A stretch of 64,000 nt of DNA, from contig NC_045707.1 of NCBI RefSeq assembly GCF_009834535.1, positions 52,950,001 to 53,014,000 on the forward strand. Direction: 5' to 3'. Made by a program: the position numbers and the translations under genes. Positions 35,760 through 47,289 of the stretch are shown here, piece after piece. Source of the DNA: Camelus ferus (taxonomy: Eukaryota). Under the pieces are notes generated by a model. That model was not told the DNA's origin, searched no databases, and saw nothing but the letters and a program-made list of their open reading frames with translations. Within the stretch, counting starts at the first letter, position 1; every line of letters starts with the position of its first letter.

Positions 35760-36110
35760 CTTTTGATGATGGCCGTTCTGACAGGTGGGAGATGGTGTCT
35801 CATTGTGGTTTTGGTTTGCATTTCCCTGATACTGGTGGTGGTGAACAGCTTTTCATGTTCCTGGGGGCCATCAGCTTTTCCTCTTTTGGAAAAATGTCTC
35901 TTCAGTTCTTCTGCCCATATTTAAATGGGTTGTTTGTTTGCTTGCTTGCTTTTTAATTGAAGTACAGGTGGTTTTTTAAAAATTAATTTTTCAGGGTCTG
36001 TTGAGATGGTCATGAGGTTTCTGTCTTTTATTCTATTAACATGGTATATTATTACACTGATTGGTTTTTGATGTTAAGCTCACCTTGCATTCCTAGGAAC
36101 AAGAGTTGTT
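35760..36110 (-). mobile_element. LINE-1 fragments, antisense
   Basis: ctcattgtggttttggtttgcatttccctgat..ggaaaaatgtctcttcagttcttctgcccat. Confidence 0.75.
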
Positions 36111-36717
36111 ATTTGAAGCTTAATGGTGAAGGCTAGAGTGTACATAATACTATTCTCACTACTTCAGTATGTCTGAAATTTTATGTAATAAAAAGTTACT
36201 AAAAATTAAAGAACAAAAGTTTGTTAGAGAATTAGCGAAATGTCCATAGGAGACTAGGAAAGCGGGGGGGAAAGTTAATGTTAACGTTAGGAAAGGTGGA
36301 TGACAAGGGAGGTGGATGACAAGGGAGATGTGGTCATAGCACACTCCTGGCCCACTGGGCAGCATATAAAGTCAAACACTGCCTGTGCAATATTAGGGTG
36401 TTCTGTTGGGAGAATGGGTATAGGTGGGGTGAGGAGGCATGTGAACCCTGAATTCTCACCTAATATAAAATTAAATCAATTAAAAAGATCAAAAATGGAT
36501 TTAACAAATCTATGCGTATATTATGTAGAAATATGAAAGTAAATACCAGAGGAAAAAGGTAAAAGAGTTCAAAGTAGTTGCCTCTGAAGGGCCTAGTGTC
36601 AGAAAAGTGGAGCAAGGGATTAACATTTTTCTATTAAAATCCTTTAAAATAAATAAATGATGCACTTACATAATAAACAGGAATCCCAAGGTACCAGGGA
36701 GACTGCCCTAACGCAGT

Positions 36718-37105
36718 CGTTATGGGCTGAATCATGTCCCCCCACCCAGACTGCTGTGCTGAAGCCCTAACCCCCAGTGGACTGTACTTGGAGTTGAGGC
36801 CCAAAGGAGGTAAAGTTCTATGAAGCCATGGGGGTGGGGCCCTAGCTCAACAGAGTTAGTGTCCATATGGGAAGAGGAGGAGACACCAGAGCTCCCTCTC
36901 TGCACTCAGGCCCCAAGGACCACATGGGGACATAGAGGGCACTGCGGCTGTCAGCAGCGCGCAAGGAGGATCCCCACTGGGAACCAAGTTGGCCAGAACC
37001 TTGGCCTTGGATTTCCAGCCACCAGACCTGTGAGAAAGTAAGTGACGGCTGTTTATGGCCCTGGTCTTCGGTGTATTGCCACAGCAGCCTGGGCTGATTT
37101 AATAC
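36718..37105 (+). mobile_element. MaLR (MLT1-type) solo LTR
   Basis: tatgggctgaatcatgtcccc..gaagccctaacccccagt..ttggatttccagcc.ccagacctgtgagaaa..acagcagcc..taataca. Confidence 0.78.
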
Positions 37106-37328
37106 ACATGCCAGTACCGTCCACACGTGAACGTTGTGCACTTAGGGTCTGTAGTTCTTGTCCTGTTTTTGTCGTGTTTACTGAGTCTGCTGATCTTGGG
37201 TGACAAACACTGATACCTAGCAGCAGTGGGAAACGTCAACGTTTGGTGGGTTGTTAGGACTCATTTCTCATGATAGTCAATTCACGGATTTATGTGAGTA
37301 TTTCTCCTTCTATTTCATTGTGTGAGAC

Positions 37329-37661
37329 TGTAGTGGTTAGGGTTCTCCAGAGATGCAGAGCTAAGAGGGCCCAAGCTGGAGAATCCGAAAAGTCAGGGGT
37401 AAGTTCCAGTCCAGATGCAGGCGACCAAAGCCCCAGCTGGGGGACAGTCGGGTGGAGCCAGAGCCCGCTCACCCTGCTGTTTACTCTGTTCCAACCAATG
37501 GGACGAGGCCCCCTGCCCCCGGGGGGCGCCCACTTTATTCAGCCCGCCAGTCCCGGGGTTCGTGCCACCCAGAAGCTCCCTCACAGACGTGCCCAGAATA
37601 ATGTGTAACCAGGTACACGGGCCCTGCGTCTCAGTCAGGTTGGCATAAAATTCACTACCAC
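37329..37661 (-). mobile_element. MLT2-type (ERVL) solo LTR fragment
   Basis: ttagggttctccagaga..cccagaataatg..cagtcaggttggcataaaattcactaccaca. Confidence 0.72.
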
Positions 37662-39536
37662 AGGCACAACGTGTGAAAGTATTCTCGTGAACTTAACAGC
37701 TTTCGTCAACAAACCCAATTAGTTTCTAACCCTATATTCATAGGCCAGTCGGGGTAAACAGAAGCAAGACGCTGAACGTTGCCACAGCTTGATTTTCTCC
37801 TTCCCAGCCTGCCTCACTGACCGTACCGAGTGTGGTTAGTCCATAGCATTCCACGTGGCAAATAAATCCTTAGTTAGCCCACTTAATCCATGTTTTCCTG
37901 ACTCGTGTTAACTTCACTGGTGTCTGTTCCGTGTAACCACATTAATAAAAATACAGTTTAGGAAAATGATAAACCACTACCTTTGACTACAGTTCAAGGT
38001 AGTAAATTCTATAAGCAAACCAGTGTTCTATGCAAAAGTTTCATGACCTCAGCAGCTGACTTCACTCGCCTGATATGGCAGGTGTAGGTGGTGGGCAGGA
38101 GCTCAGGGACTGGAGACAAAGTGCCAGCCTCCCAGCGTCTCCGCTTCCTAACAAGCCACGTGACTGGGCAGGGTACCCTTGCTGTGCCTCCGCGTCCACA
38201 TCTACCCAGTGGTGTAGGGACGCCGTAAGCTGGCCAGCCCATCACCTATTCCACATCCTTCTCTCTTGCTCCTCCTCATCTGGAGGTTGAAAATCAGATA
38301 CTTTGCCAATCTTCCTTATAGTTAAGAACGGCCAAATAACTCACATTGGGCCATCTGGCCAATGAGGAATATAAGGAAGTGTGCTTGAAAGCACCTGAAA
38401 AAGCTTATGCTTTTTAAGAAAATGAAACAAGAACTTCCTGGCACCACTTTTCTTCCTTCTTCCTGCCTTGAAAGCTGATGTGTTGCCTGGGGCTGTGGCA
38501 ACCATCTTGTGACCATGCGGCAACAGTTACGGTAAGAATTGTAGCTATGAAAACAGGATTTGTGTTAATTCTTTCTAATGAACTATCCCTGATCGATCTC
38601 AGATTTCTTATTACATGAAAGCAATGGATTCTTATTTGTATACTTACTGTTACATTGCAACTAACTCATTCCTAATTTTCAAGTAAAAATAATAACCTCA
38701 TAAGATTAAATGAAATGATGCAGGTAAGACTCAGCACAGGATCTGGGACAGGACACATACAATAAGCATTAGATGTTTTGATTTTCCACCTCAAATATGT
38801 AATTACAAACTAGTTTCTGCACACTCTTGTCGCTGTCACTACCAGGAAGACTAACGTTCATGTTATCCAGTGAGATAATTGTGGCTATAAATGTCCGAGG
38901 GACGTACTGAATTCTAAATGGAAAGTTATTTTTAAAACTAATATCAGTGACATTTGGATCATTCCTGTTACTGCTTTCCTAATTAGCAAAAGCAGTTTAA
39001 AATGTGGTTTATCCAGAATATTGCAATTTCTGCTAGTTGGGTTTCTTGTATTTTTTTTGGTAACTTACAAGAAAACAGGTGTTTGGTTTTTGGTTTGTTT
39101 TGCGATCAGCCTTGCTGAGTGTTATGCTCACTGCTTCTTAGCTGGTGGTTGCTGGTGGATGCAGTGTGCACTGTCCTTGTGGGGTCTCTCGAGAACTGGC
39201 CATCCCTCTCCTTTTCTTACCCCAGTGGGTGACCAGAAGGCCACAGTCCTGTGAGAAGCCCCATGTTTCAGCTTCAGGCTTTACTGTCATTACCTTCCCT
39301 GAGGAGACAGCGCTGTTCCTGAAACCTGGCCTGCCTGACTTCGCGCTGTCGATATTATTCCGTGATGTGTTTTTCCAGTTGCTTTGTCTAAGCGTAGGTG
39401 GAAAGCTCCCTCACTGCACAGCTGTGCTGGGGACGTCAGCCCAGTGGAGTAAAGATCCAAGACAGTTAGAAGAAGCCACAGACTGTCTTTTGGTGAAAGG
39501 GGTTCTTTTAACCGCTTATAAAATTAAAACAATTTA

Positions 39537-39592
39537 GCGGGCTGAGGGTAGCACTCAGTGGTAGAGACTGTGCTTAGCGTGTGTGAGGCCTA
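39537..39592 (+). mobile_element. Truncated tRNA-derived SINE head
   Basis: gagggtagcactcagtggtagagactgtgcttagcgtgtgtgaggcc. Confidence 0.55.
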
Positions 39593-39899
39593 GGCATAAT
39601 TAGGAATTCCCTACATTTTGTGGAATCAAATGATCTTATTGTAAAAGCTGAAACTCATTTTAAGCACTGGATGTTGTCCAGTGTTTAATTTGTATGATTC
39701 ATTCTGAGTTTCTGTCTGAGATCACTCTCTGGCCTTGTGCGTTTCTCCTGGGACCCATAAAATACGCAGCTAACTTAAATTTCATGACTGCACTTTCTGC
39801 TTCCTTTCCTGAAAAAGGAGAAATTGTTCAGATCAGCTTTCAAACTGCCTTAGAGACCATGACTTTGAAACATTCTAAAAGGAACTCCTTTTTTTTTCT

Positions 39900-40392
39900 A
39901 GAACTGCTCTGTCTAATACAGTAGCCACTATTCACATGTGGTTATTGAAAGACGGAAGTGTGGTGATTCCAAGCTGAGAAACACTGTAAATAAAAGACAC
40001 ACCAGATTTCAAAGATAGATGAACAAAATAATGTAACATATCTCATTAAAAATTTTTATAGTCTTCCAGTGACTGTGAAGCGGGGGGCGGAGGGGAGGAC
40101 TCTGACCGGGCTGAGGACATCACTGTCCCGGGAGCCCGTGATCTCACTGTCCTCACAGCCCTCTGACCTTCCCCCACAGCCCCACTGTAGAATGGTTTCT
40201 CCAAAACAAGTTTTATAGTGATTATATGCTGAAATTTTAAAATTGTGAACATTTGGTTTAAATAAAATATATTCTTAAAATCAATTTTACCCACTTCCAT
40301 TTCCTTTTTATGATACTGCTACAGGAAAATTTTTAAATTACTTGTTGGGCTCACATTTGTGGCTTGTATTACATTTCTGTTACCCAGTGTTC
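39900..40392. mobile_element. MER33-like hAT/Charlie element interrupted by a 148-bp insert
   Basis: ctgtctaatacagtagccacta..cacatgtgg..acaccagatttcaaaga..tatctcatta | gattatatgctgaaa..taaataaaatatatt..aaattac..gtggct..tatt. Confidence 0.7.
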
Positions 40393-40569
40393 TTCCAAAG
40401 AGCCATTCCATTAGGTCCTAAAATTCACTCCAAATGCCTCCAGGAGAAGGTGCCAAGTAAGCAAGAGAGGCACGTCAAAGGAATGGCGCAGCCTTAAGTA
40501 TTTATATTAGACAAGATGGAAGGCTCACCATTAAGGAGTCAGGTGTCCCTACTGTGAAATTTGAAAAGA

Positions 40570-41240
40570 CCAGCAGAATCAGTAGAAAACAAGTAAGAGC
40601 ACAGAGTAATGAAGCACAAAACAAAGAGAAAAATAACTTGATTCTTTGAGAAAACTAATAAAATAGACAAAACTCTGGCAAGATTGACTAAAAGAAATAG
40701 ATGATAAAATTAATAATTTCATCAATAAACAGGGGACATATAAGAGATAAAGCAGAATTTTAAAAGATGAGAAGAATATAAACAACCATGCGCTAGTAAT
40801 TTTGAAACTTTGGAGATGAAATAAACCAATTTCTTTAAAATTTAAAATTTAAGTATACTCTGTACGCTGTGTATCTATGATGATTGTGTAGAATTTAAAA
40901 GCTTGAATAATCCTATTACTACTGAAGAAATTGAAATGGTGTTTAAATCTTCCCAGCAAGAAAACGCAAAGTCCAAGTGGATTTGCAGGCATATTCTACC
41001 AAACTTTCAAGTATCAACTCTCCCAATTTTATACAGATTTATTCAGACAACAGAGAAAAAAAGGAACTATCCTCCAAGCTAATCTCTAAGGCCAGCGTAA
41101 ACCCTGGTACCTCAGAGGGATATAATGAGAAAGGAACATTGCAAGCCGTGTCATGGTGAGTAGAGCTGCAAAAATGCTAAACAAAAATTGATTCACAAGT
41201 CGAATCCAACTGTGTACAAAAAAGAATATATCATCACACT
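40570..41240 (+). mobile_element. Old LINE-1 ORF2 fragment
   Basis: ttctttgagaaaactaataaaatagacaaaactctggcaagattgac..gaagaaattgaa..attctaccaaactttcaag. Confidence 0.72.
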
Positions 41241-43374
41241 CACGTCCCCATCACTGGCGGGACCAGCCCCCCGCAGCCGTGCTCCGGCAGGATGCTGTAA
41301 GGCACCATCGGATGCAGGGAAGTCAGGCTGGGTTCTTCAGGATGCACTGACCCCAGGTGGGTGATACCCCCGAGAGCTGGTTCGTGTGCAGCGCAAAGGA
41401 GTGAAGTTGGAGGAATGTTTGTAAAAGCTGGGCCTCCTTGCCTCTCCCCGTCTGGCGCAATGCCCCCGGGTCTGGCTCTCTTTCTTACCGACAGGCAGTG
41501 GGGAATTATCAAGAGGGAGGAGGCGGGAGCCTTAGAACCTTCCTGCAGGCACTGGCCGTGGTGTCAGCGTGTGAGCTGGAGGCAAGCCAGGAGTCCACCT
41601 AGGGGGCGCGGAGGTGGGGGCGTGGACGCGGAACCTCGGCAGCAGCACAGGAGAAAGTAAAACAGGCTGGAATAGGAAGGTTGCTTCTAGGTGGACGGAG
41701 AGCCAGAGACAGGAGACCCACAGCCTAACACCTGCTGTAGCGCAGAGCACGCGCACGCACACAGCCACAGCACCGCTCTTCTGACAACACGAACAAAGGC
41801 GAGGACTTTAACCAAAACTATGAAAATCTTCTCTATGGTGGGGTATGGTGGGTGGGGAGGGAGGGGATGAGAGTGGGTGAGTGTCAAGGGAAAAACATGG
41901 GAAAGAAATGAAAAGAAAATTTAAGCTGAACGATAAGAGTGGAAAGGAAGCGAGAAGGGCCTTGCGCTAATTGTCAACAAGTCAGAATGAGTAGAACTCT
42001 TTCCACCAATGGTTAAAACCAGTTAGGACTCTGTTTTTTCCTGTGTGCTTTCTTGCTTGCAAATCTGAGCTTTCATTCCCCTTCCTCATTGATTCCATGT
42101 GTGTTCCCCAGACAGCAGCCCCAGGGCCACCAGGGAGCCCCACCCAGACCCACGGGGTCAGATCTGCAGGCGTGCGGCCCAGCTCGCAGGGTTTCAACAC
42201 ACACTTGGCGGGCCAGTTGCACACTCCAGTTTGAGAACCACTGGTCCCTGAGACTTAGCAATGAGGACCCATCAGAGACCAGAGAGCCAAGGTCAGGCTG
42301 GAGACTTGCACACACACACAGTTAGCGCTGAAGATGCAGAAGAGAGTTATCTAACTAAGCCACTAACTAATCCAATGTTTCTTGGGAATACAGCCTCCAA
42401 AACATTTCCAATAATGTGCCTTGTGTGTGCAAGTGTGTACACACGCACATAGAAAAAACAAAGTTACAAAACACCAAATTTCACTTTTAAAAGCTGGGTA
42501 ATGAGTGTCAGAAGGAAAATGAAGGAAGCAGTCTTGGAGACATCTGTGTTTTCATCCTGAGAGGCTCCAAGGAAAGATGAGAAATACAGCTGAACGTTCC
42601 AGACCAATAGACAGTACTCTTCCAAGTCCTTGTGACCGACGTCGTCAACCCCGGAAGCGGGCTCATCCAGACAGCACGTCCACAGACGGGGTAACTAACC
42701 CCGGTGGAATGCACTGCTGCTCTGCACCCACCAATTAGCAACTGAGATGGGGCCAATTTTGAACCAAATATCCTGAAATGACAGCAAGACAAATAGATCA
42801 TAAACTCCAGCCTGCTGAAAGCAAGCTACTGTGAGAAGAGAGCTGCTTTATAAAACATAAGCATAACAACAATTAAACAGGGCAATTGTACAAACACTTA
42901 TCATTTACTGCACCTTTAAAACGGGGATTATTTGGAATATATCTGCAAAAAACTGAACTCTGTGCAAAAAAGAAGTGAGAAGTGAAAGTTATTGGGAGAT
43001 GAGAGATCAAGACAAGTCTAAATATTTTTATTTTATTTCTTTAAAAACTCATACATATTCTTTTCTGGAAAACAGAAATGCAGAAAAAGAGCACACAGGT
43101 TGCTCTCCAAACAAATCAGAACTATTGTTGATATTTAAGCAGTTGTAAATCATACACTGTATAAAAATGTTAACTTATCCCATACAGTTCAGCAGATCGC
43201 ATAAATCTCTTAGATTACTACTGTCTTGTAATTTGAATTTTTAAAGTTACACGACTCCATTTAAGGAAATATATTTCATGTGCGTGTTCTCCCTCATTGC
43301 TAATCCCTGGCTCCTCTACAGATTCAATTTCTGTTTCTAGTTTCTTGCATATCTTATATTTCTGCATATACAAG

Positions 43375-43432
43375 CTGTGTGTGTGAGAGAGAAGGGATGT
43401 ATGTGTGTGTGTGTGTGTGTGGTGTCTGTGTG
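43375..43432. repeat. (TG)n-rich simple repeat
   Basis: Directly visible. Confidence 0.8.
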
Positions 43433-44153
43433 CGCTCTTCCCTCAAATGGCAACTTACTAAAGGAACATTTCCCCTTGCTTTATTTCCTTACTTAAAATA
43501 GATTGTGGAGATCATTCTTTATTACCACATATCATCTGCCTTATTATTTTTTTTAACTGTGGTAAAATATGTATAACATAAAACTGACCATCTTAAGCAT
43601 TTTAAAGTGTGCAGTTCAGTAGCTTTGAGGATATTCACGTTGTACAACCAGCGTCCAGCGCTTTTTCATCTTGCAAAACTGAAACTCGACCCGTTAATCG
43701 AGACTCCTCCCTTCCCTCCCTCCCTCCCCCGGCCCCCGCTATTCTACTTCCTATTTCTTTGAATTTAACTGCTCTGGGACTTCATATAAGTGGAATCAGA
43801 CAATATTTGTCCTTTTGTGCCTTGCTGATTTTACTCAACATACTGTCCTCAAGGTTCACCCCTGCTGTATCATGTGTCAGAATTTCCTTCCTTAAGACTG
43901 AGTAATATTCCATTGTATGGATGGACCACATTTTGCTTATCCATTTGTCCTTTGGACACCTGGGTTGTTTCCACCTCTGGCTGTTGTGTATAGTGCTGGT
44001 AATGAACATGGGGGTACAGATATCTCTTCAAGACCCTGCTTTCAATTCTTTTGGACATATACCCAGGAGTGGACTTGCTGGGTCACATGGGCGTTGTATT
44101 TCTAGTTTTTTGAGGATCTTCCATATTGTTTTCCACAGTGGCTGCACCATTTT

Positions 44154-44288
44154 ATTTTTTGATTTAAAAAAAATTTTTTGGATGGGGGCGGTAATTAGGT
44201 TTATTTATTTATTTTTAATGAAGGCACTGGGTTACCCAGGACCTTGTGCATGCTAGGCATGCACTCTACCACTCAGCTATACCATCCC
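44154..44288 (-). mobile_element. tRNA-derived SINE inserted in L1, 12-bp TSD
   Basis: ctgcaccatttt at 44142-44153 and 44289-44300 flanks the SINE head and tail. Confidence 0.88.
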
Positions 44289-44374
44289 CTGCACCATTTT
44301 TACATTCCCATCAACAGTGCAGGAGGGTTCCAACTTCCCCAATGACACAACATTCCTGTCAACACTTGATAGCA

Positions 44375-45011
44375 GTGGTATTGAACCCAGGTTAGCCTGC
44401 AGTCACTCAAGAATCCGATACTGAGAGACAAGTGTTGGGTAAAAGAAGCTGGCAATCCTGGGGAGAAGGTAGACTCATGTCCCAAAGAACCAGCTCCTCA
44501 TTGTTGATCGGGGCAAGAGTTTTTAAAGAGGAGTTTAAGGGGTGCACAGATGGGATGGGGGTACATGCAGAATAGCACAGTCAGTTCTGACAGTCATCCT
44601 GAAATTGGCCATGTGGTGGTCTGATCAGCATCATATTGATTGTTTTAAGTACAGTTAATCTTCAGTGTAAGACAAAATTGTGTAAGACAGAGCAGTTAAT
44701 GTCATGGCTACATTCTGTCATCATGCACTTAACTTCTTCCACCTGGTGGGGGTTCCAGTAGCTACAAGACAGCTCAAAGGACATGGCTTAGAATGTTATC
44801 TACAGCCCTTGTGGAGGAACTAAAGGTCCTTGACTTGGTTTAATGACTAAACCATTATTTTGTCCTATTTGACTGCTTTTCTTCTGCTTTTTTTCCTTTC
44901 ATTTCTCTGATTATTCTTTGGCTTAAGTTTTTGTAGGGACAGGAGACAGGCAGAAGATGTGGGGTGGGGGGCGTCTGTCCTAGGAAGGCCCCTAGGGTCC
45001 TGCTTGTTACA
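44375..45011. mobile_element. ERV-type solo LTR inserted in L1, just upstream of the LIMS1 CpG island
   Basis: Non-L1 block (gaacccaggttagc..gatactgagagacaagtgttgg..ggaactaaaggtccttgact..agggtcctgcttgttaca) that interrupts otherwise continuous L1 sequence; family not determined. Confidence 0.6.
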
Positions 45012-45219
45012 CGAAGCATCCCGTTGGGCATGAGACAGTGAGTCACTGAGGTTTTAATTTGCATGTCCCTAATGACTTATAACATTATGCATCTCTTCAT
45101 ATGCTTGTTGGCTAGTCTTATTTTATTAACAGCGGTGTAGCATTATAGGTAGAAACCATGACAGCTAATTACTGTCCTGGATAAACAAACTTTCTCAGTT
45201 GCTCTTAAAAACAAAACTA

Positions 45220-46110
45220 CATTGCCCCCCGACCCCACCCCGTGTTCTCCCGGTTCCTTGTAAAGCCCCCTGCACTCGGGACTTCAAAACACATGCCGAA
45301 GCGCACAGACCCACAGGAAGGCGCCTGCACCCCTGAGCCGCCCCGCGGTCCCAGGCTGTGGCCGGTCTTGCTCCGCTGGGCGCACTCCCGCCCCTCCTCG
45401 CCCCCGTCCCCTTGAGGGGCAGCGTCGCCTCTGGGCTCACGGGGTTCCCGGAACGGCCACCAGAGAACCGCGCCTAAACATTGCGGCTCCGAGAGGCCAC
45501 TCACAGCGCGGAACCGGGTCTCAGCAGAGGTGTCTTTCACATCCGGACAGACACTGCCGTCCGCCCCCGCTACGACACGGTGACGCGGCCCTGGGGACCA
45601 GGGCCTGCCTCCAGGAGGGCGTGGCCTCGGCTCGGGGGCGGGGCCTCAGCCCGTGGGGCGGAGCGTGGTCGCGTCCAGCGCCGGTACAGGCGGTTCCAGG
45701 GCGGCTCGGTGGGCGTGGCCTTGTGGGCGTGGCCACTCGGGCCCGCCCCCGGCCCGCACCTCCCCTTCCTGCCGGGCCGCGCAGCCAAGAGGAGCGGCGG
45801 GAGCGGCGCGAGGGGTCTGTGCAGGTTCCCGGGGACGCGGTGCGGGATCACTGAGCCTCCGGACATGCTTGGCGTGGCGGCAGGAATGACCAACAGGTAA
45901 GGCCGCGCCGACGTGGAAGCCGCCGCCGGAGCCCAAGCGGGAGCCACGTCGGCGACGCTGCCGGCCCCTCCCTACGGCGGCGGGCAGACGGGCCTGCAGA
46001 GCCGGCGGGCCGAGTGGACCGCGTCCCGGCCCGGCGCTCCGCCCGCTGGGCGCTCCCAGCCCGGCTCCGGGTAGCGAGAGGCGTGTGTGGGGGCGAGCAC
46101 CGCTCACGGC
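45220..46110. promoter_or_regulatory. LIMS1: CpG-island promoter of LIMS1 with Sp/KLF GC boxes
   Basis: Very GC- and CpG-dense. GGGGCGGGGC at 45635-45644; three exact GGGCGTGGCC at 45617, 45711 and 45725; CCCGCCCC at 45742; no TATA seen. Confidence 0.9.
45865..45896 (+). CDS. LIMS1: LIMS1 (PINCH1) first coding exon, MLGVAAGMTN(S); downstream exons are outside the window
   Basis: gacATG CTT GGC GTG GCG GCA GGA ATG ACC AAC AG|gtaagg, a strong donor. Matches the N-terminus of a LIMS1 isoform as recalled, and the GCC2-LIMS1 gene order is syntenic with human. Confidence 0.85.
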
Positions 46111-47289
46111 TAGAGATTTACCGAATTAGAAACGAAACTGGGACTTTGAAGTACATTTACTCATTCATTAAACGTGAAATAAATTGTGATTTCAACATAC
46201 AGAACGCATGCTTTATAAAAACAGTATTTTTCTAAACAAAAAAATAGTCCGACAAGTGCCGTTCCTTGATGTTTTCCAAATCTCTTAAGTGCGTTTTCCT
46301 CTGCTTTGTCTTCAGTCCATTGCGGTATGTTTTGATGGAACTCTGAGAAAATCTGCTGGTACACAGACATGCGGTTAGAAAGGGGAGGTGTGTACTTTAA
46401 TAGCTTTTCCATGTAATTGTGGATATTTTCAGTTATTGCTCCAAAACTAGACAGGCCTTCGCTTCTTAAAGATTAGTTTGGACGTGGAACCCGAAGCCCT
46501 GTTAACACCAGAGCTCACTGCCTTGCAGTGTAAAGGGGCCTGTTCCCAGTTGTAACAACCTGTGTTTGTCGTTTGGAAAATGTTGATAAACTGAGTTAGG
46601 CAGCTCTTCCGAAGGTGGACACATCTCTTTATACAGTATCACTAAATAACATTTCTTCATATCACCACCGATCTACTTAGAAGCTCTTTTAAGTTTGAGA
46701 AGCTGTCAAGCTCAAGGTGGTGGATACAAGCTTTCCAGCATTCTAATTTTCAGTTGAAATCCTGATTTTTATTATTGGTAGGAAACCATTGTCAATTGTT
46801 TTCCTCAAAGTGACAGACTCGCTTTGTTTAATTTCATGAAATGTCTGCCAAATACAAGTCTAAAAACGGAGTTTGTTATTCTTTCCGGTAAAAATGGTCG
46901 ACCATGAAAAAGCATCTAGTCAGCCGGCTCTCAGCCTGGAGTGCTGTCCCGGCGGACTGTGGCTCGCAGCCCCCAGGGCTGTCCCTGCGGACTGTGGCTG
47001 TGGAATGCCGCCCACGTGCTCTGTTCATCTCAAGGAAAGGACCAGTGGGTCAGGGGTTGAGATTGAATAGCATTCATCATTTGTCTGCTTCATGAAGATT
47101 TTTTTGTTTTAAAAAAAATTATTGAAAATTAAGTCAGTACAAAATTTAAAATATATGTAAGATATAAAGAATACTGATACAGTGGATACACAGCATGAGT
47201 ACAGAGTGTAACCTTTTCCTTTTAAGACCCTCCATCAGCTATTTTCCTGGTGCTATGTGCTTCCCATCCTGAATTTTCCCTTAGCAACC

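Larger units (their letters stand above)
43550..45120 (-). mobile_element. LINE-1 3' part (L1MB-like), interrupted by a SINE and an LTR
   Basis: ORF 43782..44009 on minus (WKQPRCP..WISKMWSIHTMEYYS) is an L1 ORF2 tail; L1 sequence resumes at ~45015 (ggttttaatttgcatgtccctaatgact). Confidence 0.85.

Noticed and set aside
45481..46107. Several 70-150 aa ORFs on both strands
   Set aside because: Low-complexity Arg/Gly/Pro/Ala ORFs typical of a CpG island; only 45865-45896 has splice and homology support.
46270..47110. Possible old hAT-type DNA transposon downstream of LIMS1 exon 1
   Set aside because: Only a vague resemblance; I could not define termini or family from the sequence alone.
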